From a virus (taxonomy: Duplodnaviria; Caudoviricetes), in the IMG/VR virus record IMGVR_UViG_3300024302_000014, positions 1 through 53,048 of that record: a DNA stretch of 53,048 nucleotides; one strand, 5' to 3'. Position 1 is the stretch's first letter. Every line of letters begins with the position of its first letter. The position numbers and the translations under genes are program-made. Below are positions 9,882 through 19,400 of the stretch, one piece after another. Under the pieces are notes generated by a model. The model was not told the origin of the DNA, did no database searches, and saw nothing but the letters and a program-made list of their open reading frames with translations.

Positions 9882-11311
9882 TATGCGGCGCCTCCATCAT
9901 ATTGTAAGTCGCTTGAAGTGAAAACTGTACTAGCAGCACCTCCGTCTAAGTTTATATCTATAAGTGTAATAGGGCCGAAGCTAACTATAATTATATCATC
10001 CCCTACCGCAGCTGCTTCTACCAAAGTTATAGAAGTGCCATTGTCCGCTGTATAATCCGCTTTAGGTAATCGGAACCCGTTCAAATATACAGCTTCTTTG
10101 TCTATAGCGTAGTCTGCCGTAAACACGGTCTGCCCAGCAGTAGCCACAAAGTCTGTTTGAGTAAGTACTGCGTTACTTCCGGAGTATACCTCGTTCACTA
10201 TAATGGAAATAACGTCCCCGTCAGTAGTAGTAATCCCTACTAAAGATACTGTAGTGCCTAAGGTAGCCGTGAAATCTTCATCTGCTAGCCTAAGTCCATT
10301 GAAGAACACTGCTGTTACGGTGCTTGCGCCATAAGGTACACCAAAGCTTGTTTGCCCTGAAGTAGTTGAGTCTAGTATAAACTCGTGTTGAGTGGATACG
10401 GAGGATGAAGTATCCCCACCACCTCCTCCAGATACTGGGAACCACTGAGAAACTCCGGCAGAGTCTTGAATATATTTATATAGTAAAGAGTCGTCGGTAT
10501 CCCACCACTCATCTCCTAAAGTAGGGTTCGCTGGTTGAGAAGTACTAAAGCTATTAGTATGCCCGTCCTCTAGACCTATGATTAATTGCTTTGGAGTAGT
10601 GCTACTGTCGGTAGTAATAACAACGTTATTACCTGCCACAATTTGTAGACTTTCTTCTCCTGAAGGAGATAGTGTAGTTTGTCCAGCAATAAGCAGGTCT
10701 TTCCAATGAGAACCTAAAGATACCTTAACGGCTCCACCTGTTAAATCTGTGACATTAAAGCCAGTTCCATCGTCAAATCGTATCTCGGATACATCAGTTA
10801 TTACATTAGTACCACTAACATCTTTGACCGTTAATGTCGATGGAAGATTTTGCCAAGAAGTTGTAGTACCATTTGTTGATAAAAATTTACCACTATTAGA
10901 TGACTGTGCGGGAAGTCCTCCACCACTGGTAGCAAAAGTATGCCCTACATGTTCTGATATAGTGTCTGCAACAAATGTCTTGTTTGCAGCGTCGTATGAA
11001 ATAGTAACATCATGAAAGTGGCTAGCAGCAGTACTAGAACGTACTGCTATAGTAGTTCCGTCCTTTATTAAATTGTAAGCTTGTTGTCCTGTAATTGACA
11101 CAGAATGAACGTGCCCGTTAAAATTAGTTAGCTGGAATACTTCTCCAATACTAATTTCAGATATACTAGGGGTTACTCCGTCTGTTTGATGGATAAATAT
11201 TTTTCCATCATGCGTATTGAGCCCTATCTCCCCCAGCTCTAATTGAGTTGTAGAAGGTATATTGTGTTGAACGGCAGATCTAATGTGCTTAATCAGATTT
11301 TGTCTTGCCAT
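9881..11311 (-). CDS. Fibre or virion structural protein with a His-rich module
   Basis: N-terminal LELGEIGLNTHDGKIF; GHVH and HFH motifs; two ATAGQTVF/VYLNG..L...DY-type repeats; ends YDGGAA. Confidence 0.7.
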   Translation of the reverse strand: MARQNLIKHIRSAVQHNIPSTTQLELGEIGLNTHDGKIFIHQTDGVTPSISEISIGEVFQLTNFNGHVHSVSITGQQAYNLIKDGTTIAVRSSTAASHFHDVTISYDAANKTFVADTISEHVGHTFATSGGGLPAQSSNSGKFLSTNGTTTSWQNLPSTLTVKDVSGTNVITDVSEIRFDDGTGFNVTDLTGGAVKVSLGSHWKDLLIAGQTTLSPSGEESLQIVAGNNVVITTDSSTTPKQLIIGLEDGHTNSFSTSQPANPTLGDEWWDTDDSLLYKYIQDSAGVSQWFPVSGGGGGDTSSSVSTQHEFILDSTTSGQTSFGVPYGASTVTAVFFNGLRLADEDFTATLGTTVSLVGITTTDGDVISIIVNEVYSGSNAVLTQTDFVATAGQTVFTADYAIDKEAVYLNGFRLPKADYTADNGTSITLVEAAAVGDDIIIVSFGPITLIDINLDGGAASTVFTSSDLQYDGGAA

Positions 11312-11400
11312 ATTGAGCTCCTATATACTGTATTCAACAGTTCCTTTTTCTAAGTTCTTTTGTAGCTGGGTAAGTTTTTACAGCTCTATTTTTAAAATCA

Positions 11401-11440
11401 ATTATACGCAACTTTGACCAAATTGTCAAGAGTTATTTTT
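11401..11440 (-). promoter_or_regulatory. Consensus sigma70 promoter for the distal fibre array
   Basis: Minus strand TTGACA (11429-11424), 17-nt spacer, TATAAT (11406-11401); upstream AAAAATAAC tract. Confidence 0.9.
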
Positions 11441-11454
11441 CTTTCGTCAGACGT

Positions 11455-11488
11455 AAAAAAGGGGGCAACGAATCCGCTGCCCCCCTTT
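11455..11488 (-). terminator. Rho-independent terminator
   Basis: Minus strand GGGGGCAGCG-GATT-CGTTGCCCCC followed by TTTTTT, just after the stop of the 893-aa gene. Confidence 0.85.
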
Positions 11489-11499
11489 AAGGTCACTGG

Positions 11500-14181
11500 T
11501 TAGTAAGTCCCGCCGTCTAACGTATTAGACATCTCAAACTTGTACCCGCTAGCACCATCGGAAACTACTGTTAAGTGTTTTCCTAAGTGTGTAGCGTCCA
11601 AGGCTGAAGGTACTTCTCTTTCCCCAGATAGTGCTGCTTCGCCAATTGGGTTAACCCAAAGCTCTTCATACACCTTCTGCCATTGCTCAGATCTGTTAAC
11701 CATAGTGGTTTCACTATCGCCCAACTTAATCTCTTTAGCAGAAATTGGAGCTGTTTGAACTGTACTGATAGTAGCACCTTCAACATGGTCTGCACCAAAT
11801 ATGAAGCTTTCTCTGCTATCGTCCCAACCCATGAAGCCCATTCGTGCTTGAGTATCAAAGTATGGGAATACAATTCCTAGATCATTAGTGGTAGCCGAAG
11901 TAGGAGTTTCATCTCCTCCAATACGGAAAGTAGCATCATCAATAGTAACCACGGTTGAGTTAACAGTAGTCATGTCGCCATTAACTGTTAAGTTGCCCCC
12001 AATTACAGTGTTGCCCGCTACATCCAAATTACCTAAGTTATCTACTGATAATTTAGTAATACCTGAACCACCTGAAACCTTGAATAGATCAGGGTCTTTA
12101 AAGATGGTTTGGTTACTAAAGGCAGATGAGATATCGTCTGTAACTACTAGTACTGTACCCGAAGTTACAGAAGTAACCGTAGTTACTTCAGCACCAATCT
12201 TAACAGACATACCTTCAGTAAGCCCATGAGTGCCTCCGAACGTCCAAGTCTTGTTACCTGCACCAGATGAAGTAGCAGTGTGTGCACTAGCAGGAACACT
12301 AAGATCACCTTTTGAGTATACAAGGTTATTGTCCGTAATAGTAGAACTATCTAGAACAACACTTGTAAGAGTACCGTCATTAATATCAACTTTATTAATA
12401 TTAACTTCGCCCGCAGCAGATGCGTTAATATTGATATTACCAGAAATAGCTTCAATAGTATTACTACCATCGAATTCTAGATTACCAAAAGTAACTGCAC
12501 CTCTTAAACGAGTCCAACCTTTAACATCAAAGTTAGGATCTGCTCTAGTTCCGCCTGTACCATGTACAATAACATCACCATTACCATTGACCTCAAATTC
12601 TAAACCACCCGCTTTGCGTAGTTGAATACCCGAGAATCCATCCAGAGTTAAAGCACCTGCTGTAGTCTTAATTTCAGTAGCTGCACTGAACGTTAAGTCC
12701 GTAGCTCCTAAATCTAAGGCCGTAGCTGAGTTTAACACAATAGAGTTGGCATCGATAGAAACAGTACCTGTCGCATCAATGTCTACACCACCTGCTGAAT
12801 TAACAGTAATGTTCTTACCTGCTGCATCATTATTTAAGTTAATACCGCCAGCTAAAGTTTTGAGCTCAATTGCTCCAACTCCAGTGCCTTGAGTATTCTC
12901 AATAACAATTGTATCATCTGTACCGCCATTAGCCTGTAGGTTAATAGCGTTAGCACCATCTCGGTTAGAAGCTATCTTAACGCCACCAACATCTGATTGA
13001 ATGCTTACAGAAGTATCCCCTGTGCCTTGATTAGACAGGATAGAGATCGTTTCAGACGCACCACCATTCGCGTGCAGCTTAATAGCATCTGCAACGTTAC
13101 CTGTAGAGTATAAGTTTACCCCACCAGCATCGGAAGATAGTTGAACCGAAGCGCTGCCACTTGTAGCGGAAGTACCTTGATCAGAGTGAACACGTATAGT
13201 ATCACTCGTACCACCATCCGTATGGATGTATACAGCATCAGCTTGATTACCTGTTGAACTGATAGTTACACCACCAGCTACTGAGTCAACTTTTACTGAG
13301 TCTACACTAGTACCTTTCTGAGCCTGTACTAAAATAGTTCCAGAGGTACCACCGTTTTCAAGGATAGTAACAGCAGAGCCATTATTAGTAGAGGTTAGAT
13401 CAATAGTACCTAAAGCACTAACATCGATACCACCTTGTGAGGTAATATCAATTGCTTGTGAAGAAGTACCATTTGAATCGATCTTAACAGTTGCAGCACC
13501 AGTACTATTACTAGCTATTAGCTGAACAGCACCTGTGCCATTTTCACCACCATCTAGTATTACCTTACCACTTGTAGAATCTAAAGTAATAGTCCCAGCT
13601 GCCCCGTTGGCCGTTAAGGCTACGTTTGCTGCAGAAGTTACTGAGTAACCTGCATCGCCAGTACTAATACTAATTCCATTTCCTGTTCCAGTATTGCTAA
13701 TATAGTCAATATTAAGTAAACTAATCTTACTATTAACATCTTTCTTATCTAGTACAACTGTACCATTTAAGCTATAACCATACTTGGAATCTGTACCATA
13801 AGTAGCTCCTGTTCCATCATCGGAACGAACTACTAATTGATTTGTAGTATTTTCAGAATCATATACTACGAAATCGGTTCCAGAGGTGAATAAACTAACA
13901 TCGTAACTGTTAGAGCTCCCCTCTGATTTAAAGCGCATCGCACGAGAATTACCACTAGCAGCGTCCGCAGTACCTATTAGGAAGTCCTGCAGAATTACGT
14001 TAGATGATTCATCAAGTTTAAAGAATTTACCTTGTCCGCCGAGTTCTGTTATGTTCCCGTTAGCTTTAGTAATATATAGAGTTTCATTTCCATCTGAATA
14101 AGATAGTAAACCAAACTCCGTTGCGTTTGTACCCGGCGGGAGTAATCCCGTGGTACGTTTTATTTTTATTAAATTTGCCAT
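11500..14181 (-). CDS. Long tail fibre-like beta-repeat protein
   Basis: Gly/Ser/Thr-rich repeats (GGV.I.S..N.ADAI..HA.GG..TI); GNLTVNGDMTTVNSTVVTIDD motif; ends LDGGTY. Confidence 0.75.
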   Translation of the reverse strand: MANLIKIKRTTGLLPPGTNATEFGLLSYSDGNETLYITKANGNITELGGQGKFFKLDESSNVILQDFLIGTADAASGNSRAMRFKSEGSSNSYDVSLFTSGTDFVVYDSENTTNQLVVRSDDGTGATYGTDSKYGYSLNGTVVLDKKDVNSKISLLNIDYISNTGTGNGISISTGDAGYSVTSAANVALTANGAAGTITLDSTSGKVILDGGENGTGAVQLIASNSTGAATVKIDSNGTSSQAIDITSQGGIDVSALGTIDLTSTNNGSAVTILENGGTSGTILVQAQKGTSVDSVKVDSVAGGVTISSTGNQADAVYIHTDGGTSDTIRVHSDQGTSATSGSASVQLSSDAGGVNLYSTGNVADAIKLHANGGASETISILSNQGTGDTSVSIQSDVGGVKIASNRDGANAINLQANGGTDDTIVIENTQGTGVGAIELKTLAGGINLNNDAAGKNITVNSAGGVDIDATGTVSIDANSIVLNSATALDLGATDLTFSAATEIKTTAGALTLDGFSGIQLRKAGGLEFEVNGNGDVIVHGTGGTRADPNFDVKGWTRLRGAVTFGNLEFDGSNTIEAISGNININASAAGEVNINKVDINDGTLTSVVLDSSTITDNNLVYSKGDLSVPASAHTATSSGAGNKTWTFGGTHGLTEGMSVKIGAEVTTVTSVTSGTVLVVTDDISSAFSNQTIFKDPDLFKVSGGSGITKLSVDNLGNLDVAGNTVIGGNLTVNGDMTTVNSTVVTIDDATFRIGGDETPTSATTNDLGIVFPYFDTQARMGFMGWDDSRESFIFGADHVEGATISTVQTAPISAKEIKLGDSETTMVNRSEQWQKVYEELWVNPIGEAALSGEREVPSALDATHLGKHLTVVSDGASGYKFEMSNTLDGGTY

Positions 14182-14241
14182 TTAATTGTCCTCAATACTC
14201 TATATAGAGTCGTGTGAGATCCGATATATATCGGGTTAAAA

Positions 14242-14625
14242 TTAATAGTTCCCCCCGTCTAGGGACTCCATATCAACTGTTGTGTAATCGTACACTCCTC
14301 CTACTGGAATGTCTCCGCCCGCTAGGGCTAAGACTCTCCAATCCAAGGTACCTGGCGATGTCTCCCGATAAACCAGCATTTGGTTATCGTTCGTGTCATA
14401 CCAGAGGTCACCCTCAGACGCTGTAGTTGGGGCGTCGTCTTGCACAAATTGTTGATCCGCTATTTGTTCTAATGCAGCTTGTACATTAGTAGCGGTTATA
14501 GTGCCATGTGGGGAGAAAGCAAGATACTGTGCTTCTCCTATACCTGCTATCGTTGTTGCTATGGTCTCATTATTAGTAACCGTTACGTTACTAATAGTTT
14601 CAGTGACTGTTACCGTAATACTCAT
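14242..14625 (-). CDS. Small fibre-associated virion protein
   Basis: ATNVQAALEQI and APTTASEGDLWYDT motifs; ends LDGGNY. Confidence 0.65.
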   Translation of the reverse strand: MSITVTVTETISNVTVTNNETIATTIAGIGEAQYLAFSPHGTITATNVQAALEQIADQQFVQDDAPTTASEGDLWYDTNDNQMLVYRETSPGTLDWRVLALAGGDIPVGGVYDYTTVDMESLDGGNY

Positions 14626-14960
14626 CGAGTAACTCCAGGAGATACTGTAACAGTTCCCTCGATAATTCGAGTAACTGCACCAGTATCAGAAGTAACCTCA
14701 ACGTCGTACACATGTGTAAATGCCGGATTTAATGCATCTGTCTGGGTATCTGTTAATGAAATATTAAAAGACCCCATTGGCCCATTTACTAAACTAGTAG
14801 TAAATGATGCCGCCACATCTGACGAATAGTGAGATTTCCTCACCTGAGATTCGAAAGTATAGTTGGTAATGTCGACTGGAGAACCATTCTCCTCAACTCT
14901 GACTTGCATGTTGTAGGTAGCACCTTGCTCTAGTGTTATATCGTGCTTTCCTGCAGCCAT
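14622..14960 (-). CDS. T5 p132-like collar or fibre-anchor beta-sandwich protein
   Basis: DITLEQGATY...PVDITNYTFESQVRKS...YDVEVT...TRIIEGTVTVSPGVTR. Confidence 0.7.
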   Translation of the reverse strand: MAAGKHDITLEQGATYNMQVRVEENGSPVDITNYTFESQVRKSHYSSDVAASFTTSLVNGPMGSFNISLTDTQTDALNPAFTHVYDVEVTSDTGAVTRIIEGTVTVSPGVTR

Positions 14961-14964
14961 TTGC

Positions 14965-16446
14965 TTAGCTCCTTTGTAGTTGCGCTTCTAGAGACTCTAC
15001 TTTATTCGTTAATTCCTTAACAGCTTCCACTAGAACGGCAGTTAATCTACTATAATGTAGAGCCTCTGCTTTGCCGTCTTTCGAGCTGACTACTTCAGGA
15101 ATAACATCCAGGACATCATCTGCGATGAGTCCCAACTCCTTTTGCCCGTTGGATTTCTTATTGTAAGAAACACCTTCGAGTTTGAGAACCTTGCCTAAGG
15201 CCCCCATAATTGGTTTAATATTTTCTTTTAATTCTCTTGCAGAACTTTCGTAGATTGTTCCACCTACGTATAAGTTCTTAGCTACTGTTGCTCCACCTTT
15301 AACTGTGAGGGATACAGAGCTGTCCGAAAGACTTGTTGCCTCTGCTGTATTAGATAGGTATAGCCTGCCATCGTTATACATATACAAAGGAGTAGTCGAT
15401 GCCCCTGCTACAGTTGCCTGCCCATGCATAGTAAATTGACTATTCACTCCATACATAGTAGCATTTCCGGTACCTCCTGCAACTTTAAAGTACTGCCCAG
15501 GGTCTTCTGTGTACCACTTAAAGTCCCCATTATTATTGCCGTCACTTCCTGCAATAAAGCTATTATCATTGTCCATAGTAATAGCTCTAGTAGTTATACT
15601 AGAGTTGAAGTCTGCAGTTGAAGCTACTGTTAAGGTGCTTGATAAGTTTAAGGCATCTTTAATATCCACTGTGTTACTTGCACCGTGTATATCACCGTTA
15701 ATTAATATAGTATCTGCAGCTGCGTTGCCTAAAGTAACATTACCATTTAAGGTAGTGGCTCCCGCAACTGTGATTGCGCCTCCTACTGTTAAGTCAGTAC
15801 TTGTACCGGATAGAGTAACGTCCCCATTAAAAGTCGTGGCACCTACTGTTCCAGTTAACGTAATAGTATCGGAACTAGCGTTACCTAGAGTAGTGTTACC
15901 TAAAACACTTAGGCTGCCCGAAGTGGCTAAACTACTACCAAAGGAAGTAAGCCCGGAAACGTTTAGCGTGCCTGTAACCACAGCATTGCCCCCCACAGTA
16001 AGATCAGTTGTTGCCCCCTCTAGTACTACGTCCCCCTCGAAGGTGGTACTCTGAAACTTGCCGGTAACTGTGATATTATCAAGAACCGAGTCTCCAAGTA
16101 CGGTATTGCCCTTTAGGGTAGTAGTGCCTTCTACTGTTACATTAGAAGAAAATGTTTTTACTCCTGATATAGTCTGAGTAGAAGCTACGTTAACGTACTC
16201 CGATCCAGTTAAGTTGTCTAGCTTATTTACGTTTATTTGATATTCACTACTAAGGTCTGACCAACCTGTAATAGTTTTCAAATTAAATTTATTCGTGCTT
16301 CCGTCCCACCCGATAACTCCAATAGGTAAGTTAGTAGTTCCCGTGCCGTTAAACATCTTTGCATGATCATCTGCTCTGTCTACTAGTTCATCTCTGAAAT
16401 CTGTGTATAATGAATCTAGGGTTGGTTTATTCCAATTTGCTGCCAT
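14965..16446 (-). CDS. Tail fibre with C-terminal intramolecular chaperone (peptidase S74)
   Basis: SSARELKENIKPI..AL.KVLKLEGVSY...GLIADDV...YSRLTAVLVEAVKEL C-terminus; repeated GNTTLGNA..DTI units. Confidence 0.8.
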   Translation of the reverse strand: MAANWNKPTLDSLYTDFRDELVDRADDHAKMFNGTGTTNLPIGVIGWDGSTNKFNLKTITGWSDLSSEYQINVNKLDNLTGSEYVNVASTQTISGVKTFSSNVTVEGTTTLKGNTVLGDSVLDNITVTGKFQSTTFEGDVVLEGATTDLTVGGNAVVTGTLNVSGLTSFGSSLATSGSLSVLGNTTLGNASSDTITLTGTVGATTFNGDVTLSGTSTDLTVGGAITVAGATTLNGNVTLGNAAADTILINGDIHGASNTVDIKDALNLSSTLTVASTADFNSSITTRAITMDNDNSFIAGSDGNNNGDFKWYTEDPGQYFKVAGGTGNATMYGVNSQFTMHGQATVAGASTTPLYMYNDGRLYLSNTAEATSLSDSSVSLTVKGGATVAKNLYVGGTIYESSARELKENIKPIMGALGKVLKLEGVSYNKKSNGQKELGLIADDVLDVIPEVVSSKDGKAEALHYSRLTAVLVEAVKELTNKVESLEAQLQRS

Positions 16447-16447
16447 T

Positions 16448-19400
16448 TTATTGTACTCCTCGTGCGTTCCAAGTTAATTTTCCTTCAAAAGATTTTATAG
16501 CCCCAGTAAGGGTGCCATAGTCACTTTTATCTAATATGTACACATAAAAGAAGGATGGTGTAGGCACATCTTCGAAATCATGTATAGTGAACCTAGAAGG
16601 TACTACTGACCCATCTAGTTCTGTTGTGTAGGCTGTATTTAAGTAATTAATATCCTTAAAATCTTTAAGGAAAAAGACCCTAAATACCTTCATACCCTCT
16701 TTTGTGCTGTGCCACTCGCCTCCTTGGGTGTTACAAACCACTTCGTTATTATCTGGTTGGCGAGAAATTCCTGCGCCATCTGTATAATAAAAAGGAGCTC
16801 CGTCCTCTCCACTGCCGTAGACGTTACACAGCCCCGAATTTGTGTCAACAGTCTCGGACCCAGAGTCCGTGACCATCTTAAGGCTTAGCTTAAGCTTGAA
16901 CTCGTCCAAGGCCATTAAGTCGTTATTACCCCCGTCAGTATTAAATACCGTATGAGCTTTCACATACCTAAAAGTGTGGAGTGCCATAGTGGAGGTACCC
17001 ACTACTTTAGTCCATCCTGTCTCATTTGTTAGTACTCCAGCATCGGGATCAGTATTACTATAATATAAAGTAGTCGAAGGGGTCACCGCCCCGTGTAGTA
17101 CCCTAGTATTCATAGCTGCTTGAATAGAGCTCGGGTCTAGTGTAACACCGAAATCCCACTTCTGCCAGAAACTAGCAGATGAGGTACCTGGTTCTAGGTA
17201 GAACGGGTACCCTGCAGAAACCTGCGACTGAGGACTAGTAAAACTATTATTAACAAAATGCTCTCTCCATGTCTCCACCGTATTAACCGGTAGGAACGCG
17301 GAAGTAGCTCCTTTATGTATACTAGTAGTTTCAATAGTAGTTACTTCTGTAGGGTAACTAGCGGGATTATCTTCATCTAAGGTAGAGTTTCTGTTTTCAA
17401 TAAGTATGAAGTCAGGCGGCTCAGATACGATAGCTACTGTACTTAGAGCAGGAGACATATTACCTGCGCTATCTACGGACCTAATCCAATACTTAAACGT
17501 CCCTCCTATAGTTTCCATATGAGATATAAATAAGCCTGCCGTAGTAGACACAGGCTCTAAAACGCCCCATTCAGCCTCGGTAGACGAGCTACAAGAAGGT
17601 GAACCATCTGGGCACCTTTTTACTTCATAGCTGTTAATATCTAGTTTTGCTACATTAGAGGCACTTGGCCATCTAAGTAGTACGTTGTTATCCACTACTT
17701 TAATATTTAGAGTGGCAGGAGCATCCGGTACAGGTACATCCACAGCTATATCTGTAGCAACCCCGTAGTTGCCTGCGGAATCTTTAGCTACAATAGTAAA
17801 GGTTACAGGACTACCCGAATGCCAAGTAACAGGAGTAGAATATGAAGTAGAGTACGTAGTCTTTAGGACAGCCCCCGTACTGTCTCTAATCTCATATAAG
17901 TCTACAGGTAAGTAGCCTCCGGCGGAGTCCCCCGCATGTACAGGAGCTGTCCAACTTAATAGAGTCATTATACCAATAAAAGAATTAGATAAGCTCTGTA
18001 CTTGTCCCAGTCTCTCTACTTCTGCTAATACCCATCCCGTTCCCTCTGCTTGCACAGAGTGTACGGGCTCCTCTGAGTAGTTACCTGCAGAGTCTATCGC
18101 TCGGACAAAGAATCTTGTATCATCAATATTATTTGCAGGGTCATAAGGTCTCCAGTCCACTCGTAATGTGTGGTCTAGTGTCAAAGCCCTGGTTATAGCC
18201 GAGTTAGCCGTGTTGTCTAGTCTCTTGGCCCAGGTTGCTCCACTTCTTAGTTCGTACTCTACAATATCTAAATCTGCGGAAGGGGCAGACCATTTAATGG
18301 TAGTATTCCCTCCTGAGATACTATAAGTTACTCCATAAGGTATTGCAGGATTATTAATAGTAATATCTATACTATGGTTGGTACCTTTATTTCCTGCGGA
18401 ATCTATTGAGGTTACCCAGTACCTTCTAAACTGTCCTCCACCCCAGGTTACCTTTTCAGAATACCTAGTAGAAGACTTACGAGGGGATAGTATAGTGGCA
18501 GAACCATACGTGTCTCCCTTTTTAATTTCCCAGAATTTAACAGGAAGTAAGTAATCTACATTATTATCGTAGTCCGCCTCCCCTGCCGTCTGTACTCTCC
18601 AATTCGTTACTTGATCAGGCCCTACTAAAGTGTAGGCCAAATCCTTTATATCTACAGGGTTACGTATCTCTACAGAGTGTTTCTGCCAAGGGCTAAGGTT
18701 CCCAGCACTATCTATTGCTCTAACCCAGAAGTCTCTAGAGGGCTCTCCCGAAGAAGGGCCCCAAGTTACGTTCTCGGAATGAGTAGTAGTCTTAATAAGA
18801 CCAACTAAGGTGGCAGAGTCTCCTGTAAGGCCTCCTTGCCTGATTTCATAGTTGGAAATAGGTAAAGACCCTATGGTAGGGCTTACCCAAGAAAGAACTG
18901 CCGCACCCGTCGAGTCCAAAGTATGAACTACAGGATTAGTGGACCAGTCTGGGCTCTCCACTAAAATGTCTATACTGGCTGGTGCGCCATAATTTTCTGC
19001 CATATCTTCGGGAGCTACCCAGTACTTTCTAGTACCTCCCCAGCCTACATTAATGCTAATGCTGGGCGCCCCTAGGTTGTGTATTCGGGCGGCGTAATTA
19101 GATGACCAAGTATCTCCATATCTAATGTCATATTCATTAATTTTATAAAAGCTATTTACTCCAGGTACCCAACTAATAACAACATTTGTACCTACGAAAG
19201 AGTAGGTTAAAGAAGTAGCAGGGTCTGGAACTGTGACTTCAATAGAAGCTTCTGCATCATACGTAGAGTACACCCCACTTGTATCTTTTGCCCTCAATAG
19301 GAAGTTATGTGTTCCCGCTTTTAAGTACCAACCCCCCTCTGCTCCAAATGATAGAGAGTTTTCTTTTAGTAATACGGTATTAGAGGCGTCTCCCCAAGTA

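Noticed and set aside
11414-11429. TTGAC-N6-GTCAA as an FNR site
   Set aside because: FNR consensus is TTGAT-N4-ATCAA; spacing and bases differ, and one half is simply the -35 hexamer
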